DNA of 64,000 nt, taken from the NCBI GenBank assembly GCA_964235665.1, contig CAXSAY010000007.1:30896-94895 (forward strand). Reading direction: 5' to 3'. The DNA comes from an uncultured Acidobacteriaceae bacterium (GTDB lineage: Bacteria; Acidobacteriota; Terriglobia; Terriglobales; Acidobacteriaceae). Position 1 is the first letter of the stretch. Each line of letters opens with the position of its first letter. This document shows positions 55,613-64,000 of this stretch, piece by piece. The position numbers and the translations under genes were made by a program. The notes below the pieces were generated by a model that was not told the origin of the DNA, did not search any database, and worked only from the letters and a program-made list of their open reading frames with translations.

Positions 55613-56707
55613 TCAAGCCGTCACCAGCTTCTTGCCAAGGTCCCGAACCGCGTCGAACTTGCCCATCACCGCCAGCACCTCGGCGTTCAACACCGCCGCG
55701 CCAGCCGCGCCGCGAATCGTGTTGTGCGACAGCACCACAAACTTCCAATCAAACAGACTGCACGCGCGCAGCCGCCCCACCGTCGCCGCCATCCCGGCAC
55801 CGCGCATCAGGTCCAGCCGTGGTTGCGGCCGATCAATTCCCTCGTCATATTCCACCGGCTGATCGGGCGCACTCGGCAGATGCTCTCCGGCAAATGGTTT
55901 GAACTCACGCCACGCAGCCAGAATCTCCTCTCGCGTCACCTTCGTCTTTAGCTTCACCGACACACATTCCGTGTGCCCGTCGACCACCGCCACCCGGTTG
56001 CAATGCGCGCTCACCGTCGCCGACGCCGTAGCAATCCCGTCGCCGCGAAGTATGCCCAGCAGCTTCGCGCACTCTTCCTGCAGCTTCTCTTCTTCGTTCT
56101 TGATGAACGGCACCACATTGCCCAGAATGTCCAGCGAGGCGACCCCCGGATATCCCGCGCCACTCACCGCCTGCATCGTCGAAACGAATAGACCTTCAAT
56201 CCCGAATCTCTCTTCAAGGGGCTTCAGCGCCATCACCAGTCCGATGGCGCAGCAGTTCGGGTTCGTCACAATGTACCCGCCGCTCTCGCGCCGCCAGCTT
56301 TGCAGCTCAAGCAGCGGCAGATGGTCCGCATTTACCTCTGGCACCACGAGCGGTACATCGTTCGTCATTCGGAACGCACTCGAGTTCGAAATCACCGCGC
56401 ATCCCGCCGCCGCAAACTTCGGCTCCAGCTCCCGGGCAATCTCCGCATCGAGCGCCGCAAAGATAATCTTCGGCAGCTCGCCTATTGCCATCTCCGGCAC
56501 ATTCGGCTGCATCGTCATGGCCGCGATCTTCGCCGGCATCGGCGTGTCGAGCTTCCATCGGCAGGCCTCGCCATAGGTCTTGCCGGCACTGCGGTCACTC
56601 GCCGCCAGCCACGCTATCTCAAACCACGGATGCTGCTCCAGCATCTGCACAAATCGCTGGCCCACCATGCCAGTCGCGCCGAGAATGCCGACCCTGCGTC
56701 GTTCCAT
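55613..56707 (-). CDS. asd: aspartate-semialdehyde dehydrogenase (archaeal/fungal-type long form)
   Basis: VGILGATGMVGQRF, active-site NPNCCAIG, GAAGAAVLNAE near the C-terminus. Confidence 0.9.
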   Translation of the reverse strand: MERRRVGILGATGMVGQRFVQMLEQHPWFEIAWLAASDRSAGKTYGEACRWKLDTPMPAKIAAMTMQPNVPEMAIGELPKIIFAALDAEIARELEPKFAAAGCAVISNSSAFRMTNDVPLVVPEVNADHLPLLELQSWRRESGGYIVTNPNCCAIGLVMALKPLEERFGIEGLFVSTMQAVSGAGYPGVASLDILGNVVPFIKNEEEKLQEECAKLLGILRGDGIATASATVSAHCNRVAVVDGHTECVSVKLKTKVTREEILAAWREFKPFAGEHLPSAPDQPVEYDEGIDRPQPRLDLMRGAGMAATVGRLRACSLFDWKFVVLSHNTIRGAAGAAVLNAEVLAVMGKFDAVRDLGKKLVTA

Positions 56708-56807
56708 CCCCCAAGAATACCAAGATCCTCACGCAGTCTCGTTGAGGGCAGGAACCAGAGCTGAGACCCATGCGTAAACTCACTCCAGCAGCGCGCAAGG
56801 GGTCTCC

Positions 56808-57377
56808 ATGCATATCGCAGCGCTTTGGCCCGTACTCTTCTGGCTCTGGACCGCCTCTGAAATCATCCTGGTCCTTGCCACGCGAACCCCCCGCGACCGT
56901 GGCAAGACTCAGGATCGCGGCTCCATCTTTCTTCTCTGGTTCACCATCGTCGCCTCGATCTCGGCCTGCGATTGGCTCGCCGACAGCCTCCATGTCGCGA
57001 ACTTTGAGGGCTCGCCCTGGCTCAAACCGCTCACCATTGCTCTCATGCTTACCGGCCTTGCCATCCGCTGGACGGCTATCCTCTCGCTCGGCCGATCCTT
57101 CAGCGTCAATGTCGCCATCAAGCAAGCGCAGACGATCTATCGGGAAGGCCTCTTCCGCATCATCCGCCATCCCTCTTACCTCGGCATGCTCATCATCTTC
57201 GTTGCCATCGGCCTTCGCTCCCGAAACCTCGTCAGCCTCGCCGTCATGCTGGTCTGCCCGGCAGCGGCGCTTCTCTACCGCATTCACGTGGAAGAACAAG
57301 CCTTGGAGCAGGCCTTCGGCACCGACTACACACGTTATCGACAAACGACGAAGCGCCTCATCCCGGGCCTCTTCTAG
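56808..57377 (+). CDS. isoprenylcysteine carboxyl methyltransferase (ICMT/PEMT) family membrane protein
   Basis: GLFRIIRHPSYLGMLIIFVAIG and HVEEQALEQAFG motifs; 5 TM. Confidence 0.8.
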   Translation: MHIAALWPVLFWLWTASEIILVLATRTPRDRGKTQDRGSIFLLWFTIVASISACDWLADSLHVANFEGSPWLKPLTIALMLTGLAIRWTAILSLGRSFSVNVAIKQAQTIYREGLFRIIRHPSYLGMLIIFVAIGLRSRNLVSLAVMLVCPAAALLYRIHVEEQALEQAFGTDYTRYRQTTKRLIPGLF

Positions 57378-57407
57378 AACCACTCAGCGAACACGGACAT
57401 TCTCGCT

Positions 57408-57704
57408 TCAGTACTCGTCCCGTCGTCTCCTGCGCGCCGAGTACCCGCCTGACCCACCCCACACCAACAACGCCGCCAGCAGATGAATCAGAAACCATAG
57501 GCTAAGCCCCTGGTCGATATAGATCAGGTACAGCACCAGAACGCGCGGCAGAAGCACCGCAATCACCAGCGGCACAACACCATTCAGGTGAAACGGAAAC
57601 AGCGCGCCTTGCAGCCACGCAATGGCTAGCGCCACCCGCGGCAGAAACAGAGAAAACACCAGAAACCAGAGTGGCAGATTGTGCAAGATCAATTCCAACT
57701 TCAT
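57408..57704 (-). CDS. small membrane protein (3-4 TM), unknown function
   Basis: 98 aa, strongly hydrophobic with a basic C-terminal tail RRRRRDEY. 39 nt downstream of the cupredoxin lipoprotein gene. Confidence 0.5.
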   Translation of the reverse strand: MKLELILHNLPLWFLVFSLFLPRVALAIAWLQGALFPFHLNGVVPLVIAVLLPRVLVLYLIYIDQGLSLWFLIHLLAALLVWGGSGGYSARRRRRDEY

Positions 57705-57743
57705 CCCAGAACGCCTCCAGCTAGCAGAAGGGAATTGTACCCG

Positions 57744-58556
57744 CTACTTTGTCGCCGAGAACGTCACCGCCGCCTTCGCCGTTCCGTGCGCCTGCACCGT
57801 CACCTGCGCCGTCATCTCCCCCATCTTCTCGTGCACGAATCCCAGCGTGTAGTTACCCGCCGGCAGCCCCGTCAGCGTGAAACTCCCGTCTGCGGCCGTC
57901 ACCGCAAAGAACGGCGTCGTCGAAATATTTACAAACGCATTCATCCACGGATGGTTGTTGCATCGCACCGGCATCATCGCCTCGGCATGATCAAACCGCC
58001 GTACCTGCGGCGCGCCCTTCGGCCCTTGCGACACATCAATTACCTCGTTGCCCACCACCGTCGGCATCGTGTGAATGTTGTGCATCGTCGAGTCTGAGTT
58101 GCGAAACTCCACCGCTCCGCCCCGCATGACTGCCACCACGTGCGGCACATACTTACAGCCCTTCTGATCCAGCACCACCGGCGTCAAAGGCCCGCTCGGC
58201 GCTGCGTTCATCGCCGCCGCCGGCCCACTCTTCACATACACATACACGTTCGCGAGCTTGCCGCCATGCACCACATACTGCTCTGCCTCGTTCTGCCCAC
58301 CCGTCATCGAGCACACAGGATCCTGGCTCATATCGATCTGTAGCCGCTCCGGTTGCTTCCCGGAAAAGCTCACCGCGCCCGTCACTGCCCCAGCAGTCGC
58401 CGGATCGACCGGAGATCCTGCCGGCAGCGCTGTCGTCGTCGACTTCGTACCGCCATCAAGCGCCTCACCCTTCTTCAGCGCCGCATCCGGCTTACACCCC
58501 GTCAGCATCAGCCCAGACATCACGATCGAAGCAACTCCCGCAAGCCTCTTCATCAA
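57744..58556 (-). CDS. lipoprotein with cupredoxin (type-1 copper) domain and carboxypeptidase-regulatory-like domain
   Basis: Lipobox LMLTGC. Copper ligands VEFRNSDSTMHNIH and CNNHPWM (C-x2-H-x2-M as in amicyanin CTPHPFM). C-terminal FFAVTAADGSFTLTGLPAGNYTLGF. Confidence 0.7.
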   Translation of the reverse strand: MMKRLAGVASIVMSGLMLTGCKPDAALKKGEALDGGTKSTTTALPAGSPVDPATAGAVTGAVSFSGKQPERLQIDMSQDPVCSMTGGQNEAEQYVVHGGKLANVYVYVKSGPAAAMNAAPSGPLTPVVLDQKGCKYVPHVVAVMRGGAVEFRNSDSTMHNIHTMPTVVGNEVIDVSQGPKGAPQVRRFDHAEAMMPVRCNNHPWMNAFVNISTTPFFAVTAADGSFTLTGLPAGNYTLGFVHEKMGEMTAQVTVQAHGTAKAAVTFSATK

Positions 58557-58577
58557 TCCAACCTCATACAGAACTCA

Positions 58578-59615
58578 TTAAGTTGCACTCTCAAGCGCAG
58601 CCAGCACCGCTTCCTTGAACCCGTTCGTACCAGCTGAGCCGCCCACATCTTTCGTCAGACTCTTGCCCGCGGCGTACACCGCCTCGAGCGCCGTCTGGAT
58701 CGCATCCGCCGTCGCCGTCTCATCAAGGTGCCGCAGCATCAGCACCGCGCTTTGCAGCAACGCCGTCGGATTCGCGAGGCCCTTGCCCGCTATGTCCGGT
58801 GCCGACCCATGCACCGCCTCGAAGATCGCGCACTCCGTCCCAAGATTTGCTCCCGGAACCAGCCCCAGCCCGCCGATCAAGCCACTGCACAGATCGCTTA
58901 AGATGTCGCCGTACAAGTTCTCCGTCACGATCACGTCGTACTGCCACGGATTCATCACCAGCTGCATGCACGTGTTATCCACAATGTGCTCCGCATACGG
59001 GATCTCCGGGTAATCCTTGGCCACCTTGCGGCAGCAGTCCAGAAACAACCCATCTGAGATCTTCATGATGTTGGCTTTGTGCACCGAGTGCACCTTCTTC
59101 CGGCCGTACTTCCGCGCCGCCTCGAAGGCAAACTTCGCAATCCGCGTCGATCCCTTCTCAGTGATGATCTTCAGCGACTGCGCGACACCCGGCACCACCA
59201 TCACCTCAAGCCCCGCGTAGAGATCCTCGGTATTCTCGCGCACAATGATCAGGTCAATCCCCGGATACTTCGTCTCGAGCCCGGGCAGGTTCTTCACCGG
59301 CCGGAAGTTCGAGTAGAGATCAAACTTCTTCCGCAGCGTCACGTTGATCGACGAGAACCCGCCGCCGATCGGCGTCGTCACTGGCCCCTTGAGCGCGACG
59401 CGGTTCTGCTCGATCGAATCATAGAGCGCCTTCGGCACATACTCGCCCGTCTTCGCAAAGGCATCCGCGCCCGCGTCATACCGGTGCCAGTCAAAGCTCG
59501 CGCCCTTCCGTCGGCCCGCAGCCTCTAAAATCTCGACCACCGCATCCGTGACCTCCGGCCCGATGCCATCGCCTGGAATCAATGTGATCGCATGCGTCGT
59601 TCCTGCTTCACTCAT
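58578..59615 (-). CDS. isocitrate/isopropylmalate dehydrogenase family enzyme (likely NAD-dependent isocitrate dehydrogenase)
   Basis: [48 protein letters not shown]; 345 aa. Confidence 0.85.
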   Translation of the reverse strand: MSEAGTTHAITLIPGDGIGPEVTDAVVEILEAAGRRKGASFDWHRYDAGADAFAKTGEYVPKALYDSIEQNRVALKGPVTTPIGGGFSSINVTLRKKFDLYSNFRPVKNLPGLETKYPGIDLIIVRENTEDLYAGLEVMVVPGVAQSLKIITEKGSTRIAKFAFEAARKYGRKKVHSVHKANIMKISDGLFLDCCRKVAKDYPEIPYAEHIVDNTCMQLVMNPWQYDVIVTENLYGDILSDLCSGLIGGLGLVPGANLGTECAIFEAVHGSAPDIAGKGLANPTALLQSAVLMLRHLDETATADAIQTALEAVYAAGKSLTKDVGGSAGTNGFKEAVLAALESAT

Positions 59616-60091
59616 GCCTGTCCCCTGGTCCTCTCTCGTCCGCCACCCAGCAAGCCGTCCAGCTCACTGCGGAACTCCTGCACATCCTTGAAGTCCCGGT
59701 GCACGCTCGCAAAGCGTATATACGCAACCTTGTCGATCTCACGCAGCCGCTCCATAATCATCTCGCCGACTTCTTTGGTCGACCGTTCCCGCTCCGGGCT
59801 GTCCACGACATAGGTCTCGGCCTCATCCACAATCTGCTCCAGCTTGGCCGCAGAGATCGGCCGCCGCGAGCACGAGTGCAGCAGCCCGCTCAGCACCTTT
59901 TGCCGGTCAAACTTCTCTCGCCGTCCGTCCTTCTTCACCACCATGTACGGGATCTCGTCGATCCGCTCGTACGTCGTAAACCGTTTGTTGCACTGCTCAC
60001 ACTCGCGCCGGCGACGGATTGAGTCCGCCTCCTTGCTTTCGCGCGAATCCACCACTCGATCTTGGGAGTAACCACAGTAAGGACATCGCAT
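59612..60091 (-). CDS. nrdR: transcriptional repressor NrdR
   Basis: MRCPYCG...VVDSR...RRRECEQCNKRFTTYE zinc ribbon plus ATP-cone. Stop overlaps the next gene start (ATGA). Confidence 0.95.
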   Translation of the reverse strand: MRCPYCGYSQDRVVDSRESKEADSIRRRRECEQCNKRFTTYERIDEIPYMVVKKDGRREKFDRQKVLSGLLHSCSRRPISAAKLEQIVDEAETYVVDSPERERSTKEVGEMIMERLREIDKVAYIRFASVHRDFKDVQEFRSELDGLLGGGRERTRGQA

Positions 60092-60191
60092 GGGGACGGG
60101 TTCGATTCTATCGCAGCAACGCAAAAGAGGAGCCGCAACACCTCGGCCCCTCCCTTACATCCTTCATCTCCACCGCACAACCAGAGCCCGT

Positions 60192-60785
60192 CTACGCGGC
60201 TTTATTGAACGTCAGAGCCGCCGCGTTCATGCAATACCGCAGCCCCGTCGGCCGCGGTCCATCATCGAACACATGTCCAAGATGCGCATCACATCGCCGG
60301 CATGCAACCGCTGTGCGTTCGACACCGAGCGTTGTGTCGCTTGTCTCCCGAACATTTTCCTTGGCGATCGGCTGCCAGAAGCTCGGCCATCCCGTCCCCG
60401 ATTCGAACTTCGTGTCCTCGTTGAACAGTGCTGTTGCGCAACACACGCAGGAGAAGACTCCCTTGTCATGCAAGTCACCGTAGGGGCCCGAATACGGCCG
60501 CTCCGTCCCTGCCTGCCGTGTAATCTCGTAAGCCGCTGGTGAAAGCTGCGCGCGCCACTCCGCATCCGTCTTCACGATCGTCTTTACCGTTACGGTTCCT
60601 TCGCGCTGTCCCGACTTACTAAACTGCACGATCTGCACGTCCTTTGGCGTCACATCTCTCGCCTCAACCGGCTGCACCGTGTGTCGCAGTCCAAAGTACG
60701 CCGCAGCGGCCGCCGCCGAGCCCGCACCGAGAAAGATTCGCCGTGACATTCCGTTTGGTGTTCGCATCTGACCCTCGTTCTTCAT
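60192..60785 (-). CDS. msrB: peptide-methionine (R)-S-oxide reductase MsrB with Tat signal
   Basis: MSRRIFLGAGSAAAAAAYFG twin-arginine signal. Zinc CxxC pairs (FSCVCCAT, ACRRCDAHLGHVF), GTGWPSF, and catalytic RYCMN. Start among Met36, Met42 or Met48 of the track ORF. Confidence 0.85.
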   Translation of the reverse strand: MKNEGQMRTPNGMSRRIFLGAGSAAAAAAYFGLRHTVQPVEARDVTPKDVQIVQFSKSGQREGTVTVKTIVKTDAEWRAQLSPAAYEITRQAGTERPYSGPYGDLHDKGVFSCVCCATALFNEDTKFESGTGWPSFWQPIAKENVRETSDTTLGVERTAVACRRCDAHLGHVFDDGPRPTGLRYCMNAAALTFNKAA

Positions 60786-60819
60786 CAGCTTCCTCCTGCT
60801 ACCGCTTGTACCGCAGCGT

Positions 60820-62556
60820 TCATCCAAAGGTGAACGCAAAAACCTGTGCTCCCGCATCGAGAAATTCAATCGTAAAAGTCCGGTCGACAATCGATCCCTT
60901 CTGCCGGATCAGCTGGAACAGGCGATGGTCGGTTACCGTTCCATCTCCATTCTCATCGGTATCGATGCCATGGTCTACGCCAGGTGCCTTCCCGTCGATC
61001 GTCACGCGATAGCGCACGGGGGTTCCATTCATCGTCGGTCCCAATACCAGGTGAAGATCGCGAGCGTGAAAGCGAAACGCCAGCCGCCCATCCTTTGAGA
61101 CCGGCACCGCTGACTGTCCTTCATCCGTCCACCGACCTCCTAGGGCCCACTGGTTCAGCGCCAGGTTTCCCGGAATCGAGTAGGTCTCTGCATCGTCGTG
61201 TTTCAGCCCGCCAGGCGCCGCAAATCCCTTTGACCGCTCGTAGCCGACATACGTCTCAGGCGACTTCACCTCATCTATATCCGGCGCGATCTCGGCCCCA
61301 CTGGCCTTTACATCCACAATCCCGCTAGGCAACTGCGTCTGCTGGTCTCGCTCCTTCAAGAGCTGCTGAATCCATCGCTCCGATTCGTCATAGCCGCCTT
61401 CACCGAAGTGATGAAAGCGGATGGTTCCCTTGGCGTCAATGAAGTAGTGCGCCGGCCAGTACTCGTTGGCAAATCCGTTCCAAACCGCATAATCATTGTC
61501 GAGCGCCACAGGATACGCGACTCCCAGATCCCGCACCGCCTTCTGCACGTTTGAGAGATCCTTCTCGAACGGAAACTCCGGCGTGTGCACCCCGATCACC
61601 ACCAGCCCGCTGCTCTTATACTTCTCCGTCCACGCCCGCACATACGGCAGCGTCCGCAGGCAGTTGATGCAGGAGTACGTCCAGAAATCCACCAGCACCA
61701 CCTTGCCCTTCAGCGAATCCGCCGTCAGCGGCTGCGAGTTAATCCATGCCGTTGCGCCCGGCAAACTGGTCAGACCCGTCGTCGCCGGCGCGCCGTCGTC
61801 GGAGATCGTCAGCGTTTGGCTCGCCACCGTCACCCGCGGGTGAAAGCGATCAACCAGATGCTGCTCCACTACGGAGGTACTTCCAAGCGAGAACTTCGTG
61901 AGAATGCCCCGATCGAGCCCAAACGCAACCGCCACCACGCCCACCAGGACCGCCGCGCCGAGCGCCCGTCGAATCCATTCCTCCGCCGCGAGCGATCGTT
62001 TCATCGCCGCAAACACCTTGCCGCCCGCCAGCAGCGCCAGCGCCAGAGACGTCACCGCTCCCGCCGCGTACGTCAGCAACAGCAGAGACGTGTGTGCGCT
62101 CGCACCCTGGACTGCCGCCCCCGCCAGAATCAGTCCTAGAATCGGCCCGGCGCACGGTGCCCACAGCAGCCCTGTCGCTACTCCCAGCAGCATCGATTGC
62201 CCAACGCTGCCAGCCGAGCTCGCCGTCGCATGATTGGAAAGTCGGCTTCCCAGCTGCACCAGCGGCCGGGTCAAACGGTCCGCAATCCCCGGCCACACCA
62301 GAGAGACCCCTAACAGCCCAAACAAAACCAGCGCCGCCATCCGACCATATTGATTCGCGCGAACCAGCCACGAGCCGCCCGCCACTGCGATTGACGCTAC
62401 CCCGGCAAAGGTCACCGCCATACTCAGCAGCAACGGCAGACCGCTCTTACGAAACGGCTGATCCGCCCGCGCAAACGTAAACGGCAGAATCGGCAGCACA
62501 CACGGACTCAGAATCGTCAGCACGCCGCCTAGGTACGCCAGCACAAACAAGATCAT
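60820..62556 (-). CDS. DipZ-like fusion: CcdA/DsbD-type thiol-disulfide transporter + thioredoxin-like domain + C-terminal beta domain
   Basis: LSPCVLPILPF and LWAPCAGPILG (CcdA Cys pair); periplasmic thioredoxin motif FWTYSCINCLRTLPY; 578 aa. Confidence 0.8.
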   Translation of the reverse strand: MILFVLAYLGGVLTILSPCVLPILPFTFARADQPFRKSGLPLLLSMAVTFAGVASIAVAGGSWLVRANQYGRMAALVLFGLLGVSLVWPGIADRLTRPLVQLGSRLSNHATASSAGSVGQSMLLGVATGLLWAPCAGPILGLILAGAAVQGASAHTSLLLLTYAAGAVTSLALALLAGGKVFAAMKRSLAAEEWIRRALGAAVLVGVVAVAFGLDRGILTKFSLGSTSVVEQHLVDRFHPRVTVASQTLTISDDGAPATTGLTSLPGATAWINSQPLTADSLKGKVVLVDFWTYSCINCLRTLPYVRAWTEKYKSSGLVVIGVHTPEFPFEKDLSNVQKAVRDLGVAYPVALDNDYAVWNGFANEYWPAHYFIDAKGTIRFHHFGEGGYDESERWIQQLLKERDQQTQLPSGIVDVKASGAEIAPDIDEVKSPETYVGYERSKGFAAPGGLKHDDAETYSIPGNLALNQWALGGRWTDEGQSAVPVSKDGRLAFRFHARDLHLVLGPTMNGTPVRYRVTIDGKAPGVDHGIDTDENGDGTVTDHRLFQLIRQKGSIVDRTFTIEFLDAGAQVFAFTFG

Positions 62557-62877
62557 CGTGGTTGCCTCCCCTCATCCAGCGTTTGTTAGAGCAACGCGTC
62601 CACGAAGCGTTACAGCTTGGACGCAGTGCGAATCGAAGGCCGATCCCCGCCAGTGCTCCGGTTCCGGGCCGCGCAAGGGCAGGACACCCCGCGCCAACAC
62701 CATAGTTCCCGCCGATCTCCCACAACGCCTTCCTCTCGCATCCCCTCCGGACGCTAAGCCCCGCTTCACCGCGTCGCCTCGTCTCCGCGCAACCAGCTCG
62801 CAGCCGGAGCACGGTCTTCCATACACTGGTCTTCAACCCGCGTCCGGGCGCCCACTGGGCTCGGTCAGGAGGATCTC

Positions 62878-63969
62878 GTGCCCCAATCGCGTTACCTGGC
62901 GCTAGCCCTGCTCGCCAGCTCCCAACTCGCCTCCCTCGCCGTCTCGCAGAGCACCACCAATCTCTCCAGCCAGGGCTTTTACGCCGACCCCGAGATCCGC
63001 ATCTTCGCCGGGGAGTACTGGATCTATCCCACCTCCTCCAGCCCCCAATCCGACGCCCAGCCCAACCGCGCCCTCAACCCCCTCCAGCAAAAGCTGCGCA
63101 CCGGTCCCGTCATCCACCCCGTCTACCTCCTGCACACCTCGCTCGACGCCTTCTCCTCGCCCGACCTCGTCCACTGGACCCGCCACCCCGACGTCCTCGA
63201 CATCAAGAACGTTCCTTGGGCCGCCTACGCCATCTGGGCGCCCACCGCCATCCACCTCAACGGCAAGTACTATCTCTTCTTCGCCGCCAACGACATCCAG
63301 AAGTCCGACACCTTCCCCGGCGGCATCGGCGTCGCCGTGAGCGATGCACCCGGCGGCCCCTTCGTCGACGCCCTCGGCAAGCCGCTGATCGGCCAGTTCC
63401 ACAACGGCGCCCAGCCCATCGATCCCATGGTTTACCAGGACGATGACGGCGCGATCTACTTCTACTTCGGCGGCCAGGGCCACTGCAACGTCGCCCGCCT
63501 CGCACGGGATCTCAAGTCCGTCATCCCCCTCTCCGACGGCCAGCTCTACAAAGAGATCACCCCCGCCCACTACGTCGAAGGCCCCTTCATGATCAAGCGC
63601 CGCGGCGTCTACTACTTCATGTGGTCTGAAGGCGATTGGGGTGACTCCTCCTACGGCGTCGCCTACGCTACCAGCTCCTCTCCCACCGGCCCCTTCAAGT
63701 CCGGCGGCAAGATCCTCTCGACCGATCCCACCATCGCCAACGGCCCCGGCCACCACTCCATCCTTCACGTCCCCACGGCCTCCGCCGGCGGCGACCCAGA
63801 CGTCTGGGACATCGTCTACCACCGCCATCCCCTCGGCACCACTGGCCCCAATGAGCGCGTCATGGCCATCGACCGCATGCACTTCAACCCCGACGGCACC
63901 ATAGCTCCCATCCATATGACGAAGGACGGCCCCGGCCCACAACCTCTCGCAGCAGGCACACCAAACTAG
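62878..63969 (+). CDS. glycoside hydrolase family 43, secreted
   Basis: GTG start preceded by AGGAGG. Signal peptide. YADPEIRIFAGEYWIYPT and WAPTAIHLNGKYYLFF, EGPFMIKRRGVYYFMWSE motifs. Confidence 0.85.
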   Translation: MPQSRYLALALLASSQLASLAVSQSTTNLSSQGFYADPEIRIFAGEYWIYPTSSSPQSDAQPNRALNPLQQKLRTGPVIHPVYLLHTSLDAFSSPDLVHWTRHPDVLDIKNVPWAAYAIWAPTAIHLNGKYYLFFAANDIQKSDTFPGGIGVAVSDAPGGPFVDALGKPLIGQFHNGAQPIDPMVYQDDDGAIYFYFGGQGHCNVARLARDLKSVIPLSDGQLYKEITPAHYVEGPFMIKRRGVYYFMWSEGDWGDSSYGVAYATSSSPTGPFKSGGKILSTDPTIANGPGHHSILHVPTASAGGDPDVWDIVYHRHPLGTTGPNERVMAIDRMHFNPDGTIAPIHMTKDGPGPQPLAAGTPN

Positions 63970-64000
63970 CCCTCCTCGTCAAAGGAAGTCACACCGTGAC

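Noticed and set aside
56708-56807. Possible lysine riboswitch (L-box) upstream of asd-lysC
   Set aside because: Only about 100 nt separate asd from the divergent ICMT-family gene, too short for an L-box. I see no conserved L-box core helices.

Overview
High-GC, densely coding bacterial chromosomal window. I support about 62 protein-coding genes. I found no rRNA, tRNA, CRISPR array, transposase, integrase or obvious prophage. Gene content suggests Acidobacteriota (Terriglobia-like): many lipoproteins and outer-membrane proteins, carboxypeptidase-regulatory-like domains, GH127 and GH43 glycosidases, M1, M13 and M29 peptidases, and a YpdA-type disulfide reductase. That taxonomic call is inference only, with no search run. 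Most of the window is housekeeping. It includes a lysine/DAP cluster (asd-lysC-dapB-[M29 aminopeptidase]-dapA-dapD) followed by rnj, plus ftsK, uppP, acpS, nrdR, corA, ada and an EF-P paralog. The parts worth a second look are: (1) a tightly coupled beta-carbonic anhydrase and bestrophin-family channel pair; (2) a solitary GvpF/GvpL-family gene with no other gas-vesicle genes in the window; (3) a three-gene operon opening with a strongly SD-preceded 56-aa secreted peptide, followed by two uncharacterised membrane proteins, convergent with a membrane GGDEF cyclase; (4) a repeat-rich MlaD-family protein coupled to an unknown polytopic membrane protein, without MlaE or MlaF; (5) tandem paralogous beta-propeller lipoproteins; (6) a DipZ-like reductant exporter coupled to a Tat-signal MsrB; (7) a kinase-less REC-HPt plus LuxR response-regulator pair; (8) a nested-stem structured intergenic region. 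All family calls come from motif recognition by eye. No BLAST or HMM search was possible, so several start codons (noted per feature) are my choices among in-frame candidates. Many long ORFs in the supplied track are antisense shadows typical of high-GC DNA and were rejected.
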